DNA of 64,000 bases from an uncultured Clostridia bacterium. GTDB lineage: Bacteria; Bacillota; Clostridia; Oscillospirales; Acutalibacteraceae. This document shows positions 39,757 through 49,582 of the stretch, in pieces. Position numbers and translations under genes: made by a program. The notes under the pieces were generated by a model. The model worked only from the letters and a program-made list of their open reading frames with translations. It had not been told where the DNA came from and made no database searches. Position 1 is the first letter of the stretch. Each line of letters opens with the position of its first letter. The stretch covers positions 5,108-69,107 of the forward strand of contig CAMOIP010000004.1 in NCBI GenBank assembly GCA_946616195.1, written 5' to 3'.

Positions 39757-41829
39757 ATGCAATTTTCAAAATGGATTGTGCGTTCCCGCATACCGATATT
39801 GATACTAACGGTGATTTTACTTATTCCGTCAGTTATAGGTATGGTACGGACCCGTGTAAATTATGATATGCTTACATATTTGCCGAGCGAGATGGAAACG
39901 GTTAAGGGACAAAATGAACTTTTAAAGGAGTTTAATAAAGGGGCATTCTCCTTTATAGTTTTAGAAGATATGCCCGATAAGGACATAAGCGAGTTAAAGA
40001 CAAAAATTGAGAAAATAAACAATGTCGATACGGTTCTTTGGTACGATTCTTTTGCGGATTTATCTATTCCAAAAGAAATTTTACCCGATGAAATTTATAA
40101 TGCGTTTAATTCGGAAAATTCTACTATGATGGCGGTATTTTTTGATAAAGGCACATCGGATGATTTAACTATGAAAGCGGTAAAAGAAATAAGGCATATT
40201 TGCGGAAAACAGTGCTATGTTTCCGGTATGACAGCACTTGTTGTAGATCTTAAAGACCTTTGCGAAAAGGAAGAGCCTTTATATGTCGCATTGGCGGTAG
40301 CACTTGCTTGTTTTGCAATGGTTATATTGCTCGACGGTTGGCTTATACCGTTTATTTTCTTAATATCTATCGGTGCTATGATTTTGATAAACCTCGGAAC
40401 AAATTATTTTTTGGGGGAAATATCATTTATAACAAAAGCACTTTCAGCCGTATTACAATTAGCGGTTACAATGGATTATTCGATATTCCTTTGGAATAGT
40501 TATAATGAGCAAAGGGAAAAATGGGATGATAAAAACGAGGCTATGGCACAGGCTATTAAAGAAACATTTTCCAGTGTTCTCGGTAGTTCCGTTACTACTG
40601 TTGCAGGTTTTGTCGCTTTATGTTTTATGAGTTTTACACTTGGAAAAGATTTAGGAATTGTTATGGCAAAAGGAGTTGTTTTAGGTGTAATAGGCTGTAT
40701 AACAGTCTTACCGGCTTTAATTCTTTGCCTTGATAAACCTCTTCAGTACACAAAGCATCGTCCTCTTATCCCCGATATGAGTCGTTTTTCGAGCGGGGTA
40801 ATTAAGATTTTTCCTGTATTTTTGATAATTTTTGCAATTCTTATAGCACCGGCATATTACGGATATAAACAGGCAAACGACGAAGTTTACTATGATATGG
40901 GCGAAAGTTTGCCGGAAGAAATGAATTATGTAATTTCAAATTCAAAATTAAAAGAAGACTTTGATATTGCATCAACTCATATGATATTGATAAACAGCAG
41001 CATTTCACCTAAAACGGTTAAAGAGATGATTTCAGATATAGAAAAAGTTGACGGTGTTAAATATGTTTTAGGTCTTGAAAGTGTCGTGGGTTCAAGAGTT
41101 CCCGAAGAGATAATACCCGATAATATAAAATCTATTCTTAAAGGAAATAAATGGGAACTTTTACTGATAAACTCCGAATATAAAGTGGCAAGCGATGATG
41201 TAAATAATCAAATCAATTCGATAAATTCTATTGTAAAGAATTACGACAAAAACGGAATGGTTATAGGCGAAGCACCTTGTATGAAAGATATGATTGAAAC
41301 AACCGACCATGATTTTGCGGTCGTAACAACAATTTCGATAGTGGCTATATTCTTAATTATACTGTTTGTTGAAAAATCTATATCTTTACCGATAATTTTG
41401 ATTTCGGTCATAGAACTCGGAATTTTCATAAATTTGGGGTTGCCGCACTATTTAGGGCAGAGTATGGCATTTATTACACCTATTTGCATAAGCACAATTC
41501 AACTTGGTGCAACGGTTGACTATGCTATTCTTATGACAACAAGATATAAATCTGAAAGAATGAGCGGAAACAGTAAAAAGAAATCTGTATATACGGCGTT
41601 ATATACATCAATCCCTTCAATAATTGTTTCCGGAATGGGTTTGTTTTCGGCAACATTCGGTGTTGCAATCTATTCGGATATAGAGATAATCAGTTCTATG
41701 TGCATACTTATGGCAAGAGGTGCAGTAATTAGTATGCTTTTGGTAATATTCATCCTTCCTGCTATGTTTATGCTTTTTGATAAGATAATTTGTAAAACAA
41801 CAATAGGTATGACAAAGATCAGCAATTAA
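39757..41829 (+). CDS. MMPL/RND-superfamily transporter
   Basis: It is 690 aa. Two 6-TM bundles are each preceded by a large extracytoplasmic loop. It follows the TetR regulator. Confidence 0.82.
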   Translation: MQFSKWIVRSRIPILILTVILLIPSVIGMVRTRVNYDMLTYLPSEMETVKGQNELLKEFNKGAFSFIVLEDMPDKDISELKTKIEKINNVDTVLWYDSFADLSIPKEILPDEIYNAFNSENSTMMAVFFDKGTSDDLTMKAVKEIRHICGKQCYVSGMTALVVDLKDLCEKEEPLYVALAVALACFAMVILLDGWLIPFIFLISIGAMILINLGTNYFLGEISFITKALSAVLQLAVTMDYSIFLWNSYNEQREKWDDKNEAMAQAIKETFSSVLGSSVTTVAGFVALCFMSFTLGKDLGIVMAKGVVLGVIGCITVLPALILCLDKPLQYTKHRPLIPDMSRFSSGVIKIFPVFLIIFAILIAPAYYGYKQANDEVYYDMGESLPEEMNYVISNSKLKEDFDIASTHMILINSSISPKTVKEMISDIEKVDGVKYVLGLESVVGSRVPEEIIPDNIKSILKGNKWELLLINSEYKVASDDVNNQINSINSIVKNYDKNGMVIGEAPCMKDMIETTDHDFAVVTTISIVAIFLIILFVEKSISLPIILISVIELGIFINLGLPHYLGQSMAFITPICISTIQLGATVDYAILMTTRYKSERMSGNSKKKSVYTALYTSIPSIIVSGMGLFSATFGVAIYSDIEIISSMCILMARGAVISMLLVIFILPAMFMLFDKIICKTTIGMTKISN

Positions 41830-41845
41830 AATGGAGTGTGTCAAT

Positions 41846-43555
41846 ATGAAAAAATTATCATTAAAAATAGTATCTGTTATTTTGGCAATGATTATTTCGG
41901 TTTGTGCAGTAATAGCAGTAAATGCACAGAGTGCCGATAATACAAGTAAGGTAAACAACACGCAAGAGAGCAAATCGGTTAAGGACAATAATAAACCGAC
42001 TAAAATTTCAAAAGATGAAACGGTTTATGTTTTGGCAGGAGCCGACGGCAGTGTTAAAAAAGTTATCGTCAGCGATTGGATAAAAAATGCGATTTCCGAG
42101 GGTAAAATTTCTGATAAAACCAATCTTAAAAATGTAAAAAATGTTAAGGGAAATGAAAAGTACACTCTTGACAGCAATAATATGACTGTTTGGGATGCTC
42201 AAGGAAATGATGTATATTATAGCGGTAATATAGACGAGGAATTACCGGTTAATTTGAGTGTATCTTATAAACTTGACGGAAAAAATATAACCGCCGATAA
42301 ACTTGCAGGGAAAAGCGGAAAAGTAACCATAAGATTTGACTATGAAAACAAGCAGTATGAAACGGTAAATATAGACGGAAAAAGCGAAAAAATCTATGTT
42401 CCTTTTGTTATGCTTACGGGAATGCTGTTTAACAATGATACATTCAGAAATGTCGAGGTTACAAACGGAAAGGTTATAAATGACGGCGATCGTACAGCAG
42501 TAATAGGTATCGCTTTGCCGGGACTTCAAAAGAATTTGAATATAACAAGCGATAAACTTGAGTTACCGGATTTTGTTGAGATTACAGCCGATGTTGAAAA
42601 CTTTAAAATGGGTATGAGTATAACATTGGCTACAAATGAATTATTCAGTAATTTTGACACTTCAAAACTGAATGATTTAGATAATGTTGCAAACTCGGTC
42701 AATGACCTTACGGGCGGAATGAATCAATTACTTGACGGTTCTTCTGCACTGTATAACGGGCTTGATTTATTGCTTTCAAAGTCAAATGAACTTGTAAACG
42801 GTATTAAAGAATTGGCAAACGGAAGCAAAACCCTTAAAGAGGGAACAGAAAAAATAGATTTTGGAGCAGGTAATATAAAATCAGGTGCTTTTGAACTTTA
42901 TGGCGGTTTAAATGAACTTAGTAGCAATAATCCTCAATTAAACGGCGGAGCAAAGCAGGTTTTTGAAACAATGCTTTCTACGGCACAATCGCAACTTAAC
43001 AATGCCGGTATTACCACACCGACTCTTACAATCGAAAATTATTCTGCGGTATTAACTGCGGTTCTGTCTAAGGTAAGCAACATACCGACGGCTGCGGCTT
43101 CCGTAACAACACTTAAAGCATCTCTTGACAGTTATAATCAGTTCTATACGGGACTTTTGAATTATACAGGCGGTGTTGAAAAGGCGACGAACGGAGCCAA
43201 AGAACTTTATCTTGGTGCAAATCAGTTGAAAGCAGGAACCGAAGAATTAAAACTCGGAAGTGAAAAACTTTATAACGGAGTTTTGAAGTTGGAAGACGGT
43301 ACATCCGTTTTGGTTGGCGGTGTATCTGAATTGAAAAATGGGGCTGTTAAACTTTCAGGCGGACTTAAAAAATTAAATGATGAGGGTGTCAGCAGAATAA
43401 TTAAACTTGTAAACGGTGATATTAAAGGTTTGGCAACAAGAATAAAAGCCACTGCCGATGTATCAAAGAATTATAAGAATTTCTCCGGTATTTCCGACGA
43501 TATGGATGGGCAGGTTAAGTTTATTTACCGTACCGATGAAATCAAAGTCAAGTAA
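41846..43555 (+). CDS. Secreted protein with YhgE/Pip-like Leu/Gly heptad repeats
   Basis: It has a signal peptide. The C-terminal half has repeated xLxxGxxxL units (LYLGANQLKAGTEELKLGSEKLYNGVLKLEDGTSVLVGGVSELKNGAVKLSGGLKKL). GGAG lies upstream of the ATG at 41846. Confidence 0.6.
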   Translation: MKKLSLKIVSVILAMIISVCAVIAVNAQSADNTSKVNNTQESKSVKDNNKPTKISKDETVYVLAGADGSVKKVIVSDWIKNAISEGKISDKTNLKNVKNVKGNEKYTLDSNNMTVWDAQGNDVYYSGNIDEELPVNLSVSYKLDGKNITADKLAGKSGKVTIRFDYENKQYETVNIDGKSEKIYVPFVMLTGMLFNNDTFRNVEVTNGKVINDGDRTAVIGIALPGLQKNLNITSDKLELPDFVEITADVENFKMGMSITLATNELFSNFDTSKLNDLDNVANSVNDLTGGMNQLLDGSSALYNGLDLLLSKSNELVNGIKELANGSKTLKEGTEKIDFGAGNIKSGAFELYGGLNELSSNNPQLNGGAKQVFETMLSTAQSQLNNAGITTPTLTIENYSAVLTAVLSKVSNIPTAAASVTTLKASLDSYNQFYTGLLNYTGGVEKATNGAKELYLGANQLKAGTEELKLGSEKLYNGVLKLEDGTSVLVGGVSELKNGAVKLSGGLKKLNDEGVSRIIKLVNGDIKGLATRIKATADVSKNYKNFSGISDDMDGQVKFIYRTDEIKVK

Positions 43556-43633
43556 TGTAAAAATCAACTTTTTTGATTTTTTTAATAAATTATGTTATAA
43601 TAACTCAAATACCTTTTTATAGGAGATGAGTTA

Positions 43634-44668
43634 ATGAAACTTGCATTTTTTGATACAAAACCCTATGATATTCCGGGTTTTGAAAAGAATATTGCCGATA
43701 AAGATATAACCGTTAAGTTTTACGAAGCAAAACTTTGCCTGGATACGGTTGACCTTGCTAAGGGATTTGATGCAATTTGTATTTTTGTCAACGATACGGT
43801 TGATAAAGATGTTATTGATAAACTGTATGAATACGGTGTAAAACTCATAGCACTAAGGTGTGCCGGATACAACAATGTAGATGTAAAATACTGCTATAAA
43901 AAGATACATGTTGTTCATGTTCCGGCATATTCTCCGTATGCCATAGCAGAACATGCAATGGCTCTGCTTCTTACCCTTGTAAGGCGAACGCACAAGGCAT
44001 ATAACAGGGTAAGGGAATTTAATTTTTCGCTTAACGGTTTTATGGGCTTTGATTTGCACGGAAAAACAATAGGAATTATAGGCACCGGCAAAATCGGTTG
44101 CGTTTTCGGAGATATATGCCGTGGCTTTGGTATGAGAACAATAGCCTATGACCGTTTCCCGAAAGAAAATTCCGGTTTTGAATATGTAACGCTTGACGAA
44201 TTGTATAGACAAAGCGATATAATTTCCCTTCATTGTCCGCTGACTTCCGAAACGAAGCATATGATAAATGAAGAAGCAATCAAAAAGATGAAAAAGGGAG
44301 TTATTATCGTAAATACTTCAAGGGGTGCCTTGATAGATGCCGATTATCTGATAGACGGAATAAAGGACAGAAAAATCGGCGGAGCATGTCTTGATGTCTA
44401 TGAGGAAGAGGGAAATGTCTTCTTCAATGATTTTTCGGGTCATATAATGGACGATGATACACTCGCAAGACTTATTTCAATGCCGAATGTACTCATAACC
44501 GGCCATCAGGCATTTTTGACCGAAGATGCACTCGAAAACATTGCAAAAACAACAATAGATAATATTTCGGCATTTTTCGGCGGAGAAGGTATGTGCGAAA
44601 ACGAACTTTGCTATCATTGCGGAAACATTGAAAAATGTCAGAGCAACAGAAAGAAAAAATGCTTTTAA
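43634..44668 (+). CDS. ldhA: D-isomer-specific 2-hydroxyacid dehydrogenase (D-lactate dehydrogenase-like)
   Basis: It has the NAD-binding GIIGTGKIG and catalytic R..E..H (TSRGALID, VLITGHQAFLT). A Cys-rich C-terminal tail is present. Confidence 0.82.
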   Translation: MKLAFFDTKPYDIPGFEKNIADKDITVKFYEAKLCLDTVDLAKGFDAICIFVNDTVDKDVIDKLYEYGVKLIALRCAGYNNVDVKYCYKKIHVVHVPAYSPYAIAEHAMALLLTLVRRTHKAYNRVREFNFSLNGFMGFDLHGKTIGIIGTGKIGCVFGDICRGFGMRTIAYDRFPKENSGFEYVTLDELYRQSDIISLHCPLTSETKHMINEEAIKKMKKGVIIVNTSRGALIDADYLIDGIKDRKIGGACLDVYEEEGNVFFNDFSGHIMDDDTLARLISMPNVLITGHQAFLTEDALENIAKTTIDNISAFFGGEGMCENELCYHCGNIEKCQSNRKKKCF

Positions 44669-44709
44669 AAGCAAATGACAACTGAATTATTAACAAAATA
44701 TAGTGTTTT

Positions 44710-44735
44710 GGCAGAAAATGTTTGTATTTTCTGCC
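44710..44735 (+). terminator. Intrinsic terminator
   Basis: The stem is GGCAGAAAAT-gtttgt-ATTTTCTGCC. Confidence 0.6.
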
Positions 44736-44767
44736 ATTATGTTGTATAATTACTTATAATATTTTAT

Positions 44768-45349
44768 TTGCGAAGGGAGAACAAAATTTTGGAATTAAGA
44801 ATTGATGATTTGGTTTCCTCTATAAAAAAAGAAGGCATAGACGCCGCTAACGAAGAAGCCGAAAAAATTATTGCAGAAGCAAAAAGAAAAGCCGAAACTA
44901 TAATTGCCGATGCAAAAAGTGAAAAAGAAAAAATCGTAAATCAGACAAAATCCGAAATTGAAATTCTTAAAGACAGTGCAAAAGTAGGTGCTATGCAGGC
45001 CGAAAGAGATGCAGTTCTGCTTTTTGAAGATGCTATAAAAAAGAGGTTTGAAAAAATACTCGAAGCCGATATAAAGAATACGGTAAACGGCGAGAATTTA
45101 GCAACCCTTATTAAGGCTGCATTAAACGGAGAAAACCCCGGCGATTATATTGCCGAAGTATCTGCCGTGGAAGACGGTCTTAAAGGTGAACTTGCCGCCG
45201 AGATTAAAAACGGCTTGGAAATCAAGATTTCTCCCTCGGTTAAAACAGGTTTTCGTCTTAACTCGAAAGACGGGTCGGGATATTTTGATTGTTCCGACGA
45301 GGAGATAACAAATATGCTTAGTCCTTTCCTTCCGGAAATAAATTTCTAA
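44768..45349 (+). CDS. ntpE: V-type ATPase subunit E
   Basis: It has a long charged helix (EEAEKIIAEAKRKAETIIADAKSEKEKIV) and a globular C-terminus. The true start is probably TTG at 44789, after AGGGAGA. Confidence 0.75.
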   Translation: MRRENKILELRIDDLVSSIKKEGIDAANEEAEKIIAEAKRKAETIIADAKSEKEKIVNQTKSEIEILKDSAKVGAMQAERDAVLLFEDAIKKRFEKILEADIKNTVNGENLATLIKAALNGENPGDYIAEVSAVEDGLKGELAAEIKNGLEIKISPSVKTGFRLNSKDGSGYFDCSDEEITNMLSPFLPEINF

Positions 45350-45361
45350 CGGAGAATAACT

Positions 45362-45889
45362 ATGGCTTCATATTTTTATTTAATGTCAAGTTTGCCTATG
45401 CTGAAATCTGAGGGCGATATGCCGATTAAATATGAGCAGTTTTTAAACTATTGCAAAGGTGAAGTAAGCGAATCAAAATATAATCTTCTTAAAAATCTTA
45501 CAGTTGATTCGGATTCGGGTCCGCTTATTAAAGAGTGGTCGGAGTTCTACAAGGTATTCAAAGGCGAACTCACCTATTTAAGAAGCAAAAAATTCGGCAA
45601 ACCTTCAAATCAGGTTTATGAAAGGGATACCGAAGCATCTAAGGTTATCGCTGCCGCTTTGGCGGATACGAACCCTTTAAATGCTGAAAAAACCTTAATA
45701 GCACTTCAATTTGATAAACTTGACTCTTTAATCGGAACGCATAGTTTTGACGATTATTCTCTTTTCGGATATGCTTTAAAACTCAAACTTTTGGAGCGAA
45801 AAACCGTGTTTAATCAAAAAAAGGGGAAACAGGAACTTTCAAGACTTCAAAAAGGGCTTGAAGAACAAATAGAGAACATTAACCGATAA
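45362..45889 (+). CDS. V-type ATPase accessory subunit (DUF2764, C/d-like position)
   Basis: The 175-aa protein lies between the E and A genes, as in compact E-X-A-B-D-I-K operons. It starts YFYLMSSLPML. Confidence 0.6.
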   Translation: MASYFYLMSSLPMLKSEGDMPIKYEQFLNYCKGEVSESKYNLLKNLTVDSDSGPLIKEWSEFYKVFKGELTYLRSKKFGKPSNQVYERDTEASKVIAAALADTNPLNAEKTLIALQFDKLDSLIGTHSFDDYSLFGYALKLKLLERKTVFNQKKGKQELSRLQKGLEEQIENINR

Positions 45890-45914
45890 TTCTACTTATT
45901 ATAGGAGAAAGATA

Positions 45915-47648
45915 ATGGAAAATAAGATAACCGGAGTTGTAACCGGCGTAAACGGCAACCTTGTTTTTGTTAAGGTAGACGGCTCAATCAAGAAAAACGA
46001 AGTTGGATTTATTCTGGTTGACGATAAGAAATTAAAAGGTGAAATTATCCGTGTAAATAACGGCATTGCAAGTATGCAGATTTATGAAATGACCGAAGGT
46101 ATTAAGGTCGGAGATAAAGCCGAGTTTACAGGAGAACTTATGAGCGTTAAATTAGGTCCCGGTCTTTTGTCAAAGGTTTTCGACGGACTTCAAAACCCGC
46201 TCCCGGAACTTGCCGAGCAGTGCGGTTTCTTCCTTGAAAGAGGTGTCTATTTAGACCCTATCCCCGATAAGGACTGGGAATTTACCCCATGCGTTAAGGT
46301 CGGTGATACCGTTCGTATATCCGAAACAATAGGTACCGTTCCCGAAGGCTTATTCAGCCATAGAATAATGGTTCCTTTCGGACTTGCAGATACCGAATGG
46401 ACGGTTGAAAAAATCGTAGAGAAAGGCATTTATAATGTGAACGATACCATTGCTGTTATCAAGGACGATAAGGGCAATGAAGAAAAACTTTCAATGGTGT
46501 TTACATGGCCTATAAAAAAGGCAATTTCGTGCTACGAAAAGCGACTTCGCCCTGATGAGCCTCTTATAACGAAAATTCGTTGTATTGATACATTTTTGCC
46601 GGTTGCCAAGGGCGGAACATTCTGTGTTCCGGGTCCTTTCGGTGCCGGAAAAACCGTTTTGCAACATATGGAAGCGAAGAATGCCGATGTTGATATAGTT
46701 ATAGTTGCCGCTTGTGGAGAGCGTGCGGGTGAAGTTGTTGAAATTCTTAAAGAATTTCCCGAACTCATCGACCCCCGTACAGGTCGTTCACTGATGGAGA
46801 GAACTATTATTATATGTAACACTTCTTCAATGCCGGTTGCTTCCCGTGAAGCCTCGGTTTACACGGGAATTACACTTGCCGAATATTATAGACAAATGGG
46901 TCTTAATGTTCTTATGCTTGCCGACTCTACTTCCCGTTGGGCTCAGGCTATGCGTGAAATGAGCGGAAGACTTGAAGAAATACCGGGCGAGGAAGCATTC
47001 CCTGCATATCTTGAATCTGTAATTGCCGGTTTCTATGAAAGAGCCGGTAAGGTAGAACTCAGAACGGGCGAGATTGCATCGGTTACAATAGGCGGTACGG
47101 TATCTCCTGCCGGCGGTAACTTTGAAGAACCTGTTACTCAGGCAACCCTAAAGGTTGTAGGTGCTTTCCACGGACTTTCCCGTGAGCGTTCAGATGCCCG
47201 TAAATATCCTGCTATTCATCCTATTGATTCATGGTCTAAATATAAAGGTATAATAGATATGGATAAGGTTGATAACGCAAGAGAAATTTTGATAAGAAGT
47301 ACAGAAATCAATCAGATGATGATGGTTGTCGGCGAAGAGGGTACTTCAAACGAAGACTATATTCTCTACCAAAAGGGAGAACTTTTGGATGCCGTCTATC
47401 TGCAACAAAACTCTTTTGACCCTATTGACGCTTCCTGCGATACCGACCGTCAGATTTATGTATTCAATTTGCTTTATACAATCCTTACCGAGAATTATTC
47501 ATTTGCTTCAAAAAGAGAAATCCGTCTTTTCTTTAACCAGTTAAGGCAGGAACTTCTCGACTGGCATACAACTGCTTTTGATACCCCCGAATTTTATAAG
47601 CAAGAGCAGGTTATAAAAGATTTTTACATTAAAAAGACTGTTAAGTAA
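45915..47648 (+). CDS. ntpA: V-type ATPase catalytic subunit A
   Basis: It has the P-loop GPFGAGKTV and [14 protein letters not shown], 577 aa. Confidence 0.95.
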   Translation: MENKITGVVTGVNGNLVFVKVDGSIKKNEVGFILVDDKKLKGEIIRVNNGIASMQIYEMTEGIKVGDKAEFTGELMSVKLGPGLLSKVFDGLQNPLPELAEQCGFFLERGVYLDPIPDKDWEFTPCVKVGDTVRISETIGTVPEGLFSHRIMVPFGLADTEWTVEKIVEKGIYNVNDTIAVIKDDKGNEEKLSMVFTWPIKKAISCYEKRLRPDEPLITKIRCIDTFLPVAKGGTFCVPGPFGAGKTVLQHMEAKNADVDIVIVAACGERAGEVVEILKEFPELIDPRTGRSLMERTIIICNTSSMPVASREASVYTGITLAEYYRQMGLNVLMLADSTSRWAQAMREMSGRLEEIPGEEAFPAYLESVIAGFYERAGKVELRTGEIASVTIGGTVSPAGGNFEEPVTQATLKVVGAFHGLSRERSDARKYPAIHPIDSWSKYKGIIDMDKVDNAREILIRSTEINQMMMVVGEEGTSNEDYILYQKGELLDAVYLQQNSFDPIDASCDTDRQIYVFNLLYTILTENYSFASKREIRLFFNQLRQELLDWHTTAFDTPEFYKQEQVIKDFYIKKTVK

Positions 47649-47662
47649 AGGAGGTGCCCTAT

Positions 47663-48952
47663 ATGCAGAAAATTTATACAAAGATAGAATCTATTGTCGG
47701 CAATGTCGTTGTTGTTAAAGCACAAGGTGTCAGAAACGGCGATTTAGCCCTTGTCGGCAAGAGTTTTGCAAATGTCATTAAACTTGATAACGACCTCGTT
47801 TATTTGCAGGTCTTTTCGGGTACTCAGGGCATTTCTACTACCGATTCGGTTAAGTTTTTAAATAGACCTATGATGGTTTCATATTCCGACCGTCTTTTGG
47901 GAAGAGTATTTAACGGTGCAGGCGTTCCGAGGGATAAAGGACCTGAACTTACCGATAATATGATTCCGATAGGCGGTCCTTCGGCAAACCCTGCAAAGAG
48001 AATTGTGCCTAAAACAATGATAAGAACAGGTATACCGATGATTGATATGTTCAATACCTTGGTAGAAAGTCAAAAACTTCCTATCTTTTCTGTATCGGGT
48101 GAGCCGTATAATGAATTGTTGGCTCGTATAGCAATGCAGGCAGAGGTCGATATTATAGTGCTCGGCGGTATGGGACTTAAGCACGACGACTATCTCTTCT
48201 TTAAAGAAACCCTTGAAAAGAGCGGTGCTATGGGTCATACGGTTATGTTTATTCATACCGCTTCCGACCCTACTGTTGAATGTACATTAGTTCCTGATAT
48301 GTCTTTGGCGGTTGCCGAAAAGTTTGCACTTGACGGCAAAAAAGTGTTGGTGCTCTTAACCGATATGACAAACTATGCCGATGCTCAAAAAGAAACTGCG
48401 ATTACTATGGAACAGGTTCCTTCAAACCGTGGTTATCCCGGCGACCTATATAGTTGTCTTGCTTCCCGTTATGAGAAAGCGGTAGCATTTGAAGGGTCGG
48501 GTTCTATTACAATTCTTTCGGTTACAACAATGCCGGGCGACGATGTAACACACCCGGTACCTGATAATACGGGATATATTACCGAAGGTCAATATTATCT
48601 TAAAAATGGAAGAATTGAGCCGTTCGGTTCGCTTTCCCGTCTTAAACAGAATGTAAACAAAGATACCCGTGATGACCATCGTGCTCTTATGGACGCAATG
48701 ATTAAACTTTACAGTTCATATAAGGAAAGTCTTGAGAAAAAATCAATGGGCTTTATGATGAGCGAATGGGACGAAAAACTGCTTAAATACGGCGAACTTT
48801 TTGAAACAAAACTTATGGATTTATCCGTAAATATCAGTCTTGAAGAGGCTCTCGATTTAGGTTGGGAAATTTTGGCTTCTTGTTTTGAACCGAATGAAAC
48901 GGGTCTTAAAACTAACCTTATCGCTGAAAGATGGCCTAAGAAAAAGGCTTAA
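47663..48952 (+). CDS. ntpB: V-type ATPase subunit B
   Basis: It has [20 protein letters not shown] and [36 protein letters not shown] lies upstream of the ATG at 47663. Confidence 0.95.
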   Translation: MQKIYTKIESIVGNVVVVKAQGVRNGDLALVGKSFANVIKLDNDLVYLQVFSGTQGISTTDSVKFLNRPMMVSYSDRLLGRVFNGAGVPRDKGPELTDNMIPIGGPSANPAKRIVPKTMIRTGIPMIDMFNTLVESQKLPIFSVSGEPYNELLARIAMQAEVDIIVLGGMGLKHDDYLFFKETLEKSGAMGHTVMFIHTASDPTVECTLVPDMSLAVAEKFALDGKKVLVLLTDMTNYADAQKETAITMEQVPSNRGYPGDLYSCLASRYEKAVAFEGSGSITILSVTTMPGDDVTHPVPDNTGYITEGQYYLKNGRIEPFGSLSRLKQNVNKDTRDDHRALMDAMIKLYSSYKESLEKKSMGFMMSEWDEKLLKYGELFETKLMDLSVNISLEEALDLGWEILASCFEPNETGLKTNLIAERWPKKKA

Positions 48953-48964
48953 AGGGTGTAAAAT

Positions 48965-49582
48965 ATGGCATCTGTTAAACTTACAAAAAATGAGTTAAAG
49001 GTGCAAAAGGACAAATTAAAGAGATTTGAGCGTTATCTTCCTACCCTTGAATTAAAAAAGCAACAACTTCAAACCGTTATGATGAAGATTACGGTGGAGT
49101 TGGAGCAAAAAGAAAAGGAACTCTCCGCTTTGGTGGACGGACTTGACGATTGGGTTGCAGTTTTTGCGGAGAATACAATTTTTCCGGAAGATAAGAAAAT
49201 CGAAAACCTTGTAAAACCGTTAAATGTTATTTGTACCGAAGATAATATTGCCGGTGTTACGGTCCCTGTTTTTAAGGAATTGTCCTTTGAAGAGATAAAT
49301 TACGATATTTCCGATTATCCGCTTTGGGTAGACGAAGCAATTTTCCGTATGCGGGATATCGCAAGAATCAATATGCTCCTTAAAACTCTGCGAATTCAAA
49401 ATGATTTGCTCGGTAAAGAACTGCGATTTACCTCGCAAAGAGTAAACTTGTTTGAAAAGGTAAAAATTCCCGAAGCGAAAGAAAATATCCGGAAAATCGG
49501 AATTTATATCGGCGACCAGCAAACAAGTGCTGTTGTTCGGGGTAAAATCGCCAAGAAGAAACGACAGGAGGCAAGTGTATGA
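48965..49582 (+). CDS. ntpD: V-type ATPase subunit D
   Basis: It has the N-terminal LTKNELKVQKDKLKRFERYLPTLELKKQQL coiled coil, 205 aa. Confidence 0.85.
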   Translation: MASVKLTKNELKVQKDKLKRFERYLPTLELKKQQLQTVMMKITVELEQKEKELSALVDGLDDWVAVFAENTIFPEDKKIENLVKPLNVICTEDNIAGVTVPVFKELSFEEINYDISDYPLWVDEAIFRMRDIARINMLLKTLRIQNDLLGKELRFTSQRVNLFEKVKIPEAKENIRKIGIYIGDQQTSAVVRGKIAKKKRQEASV

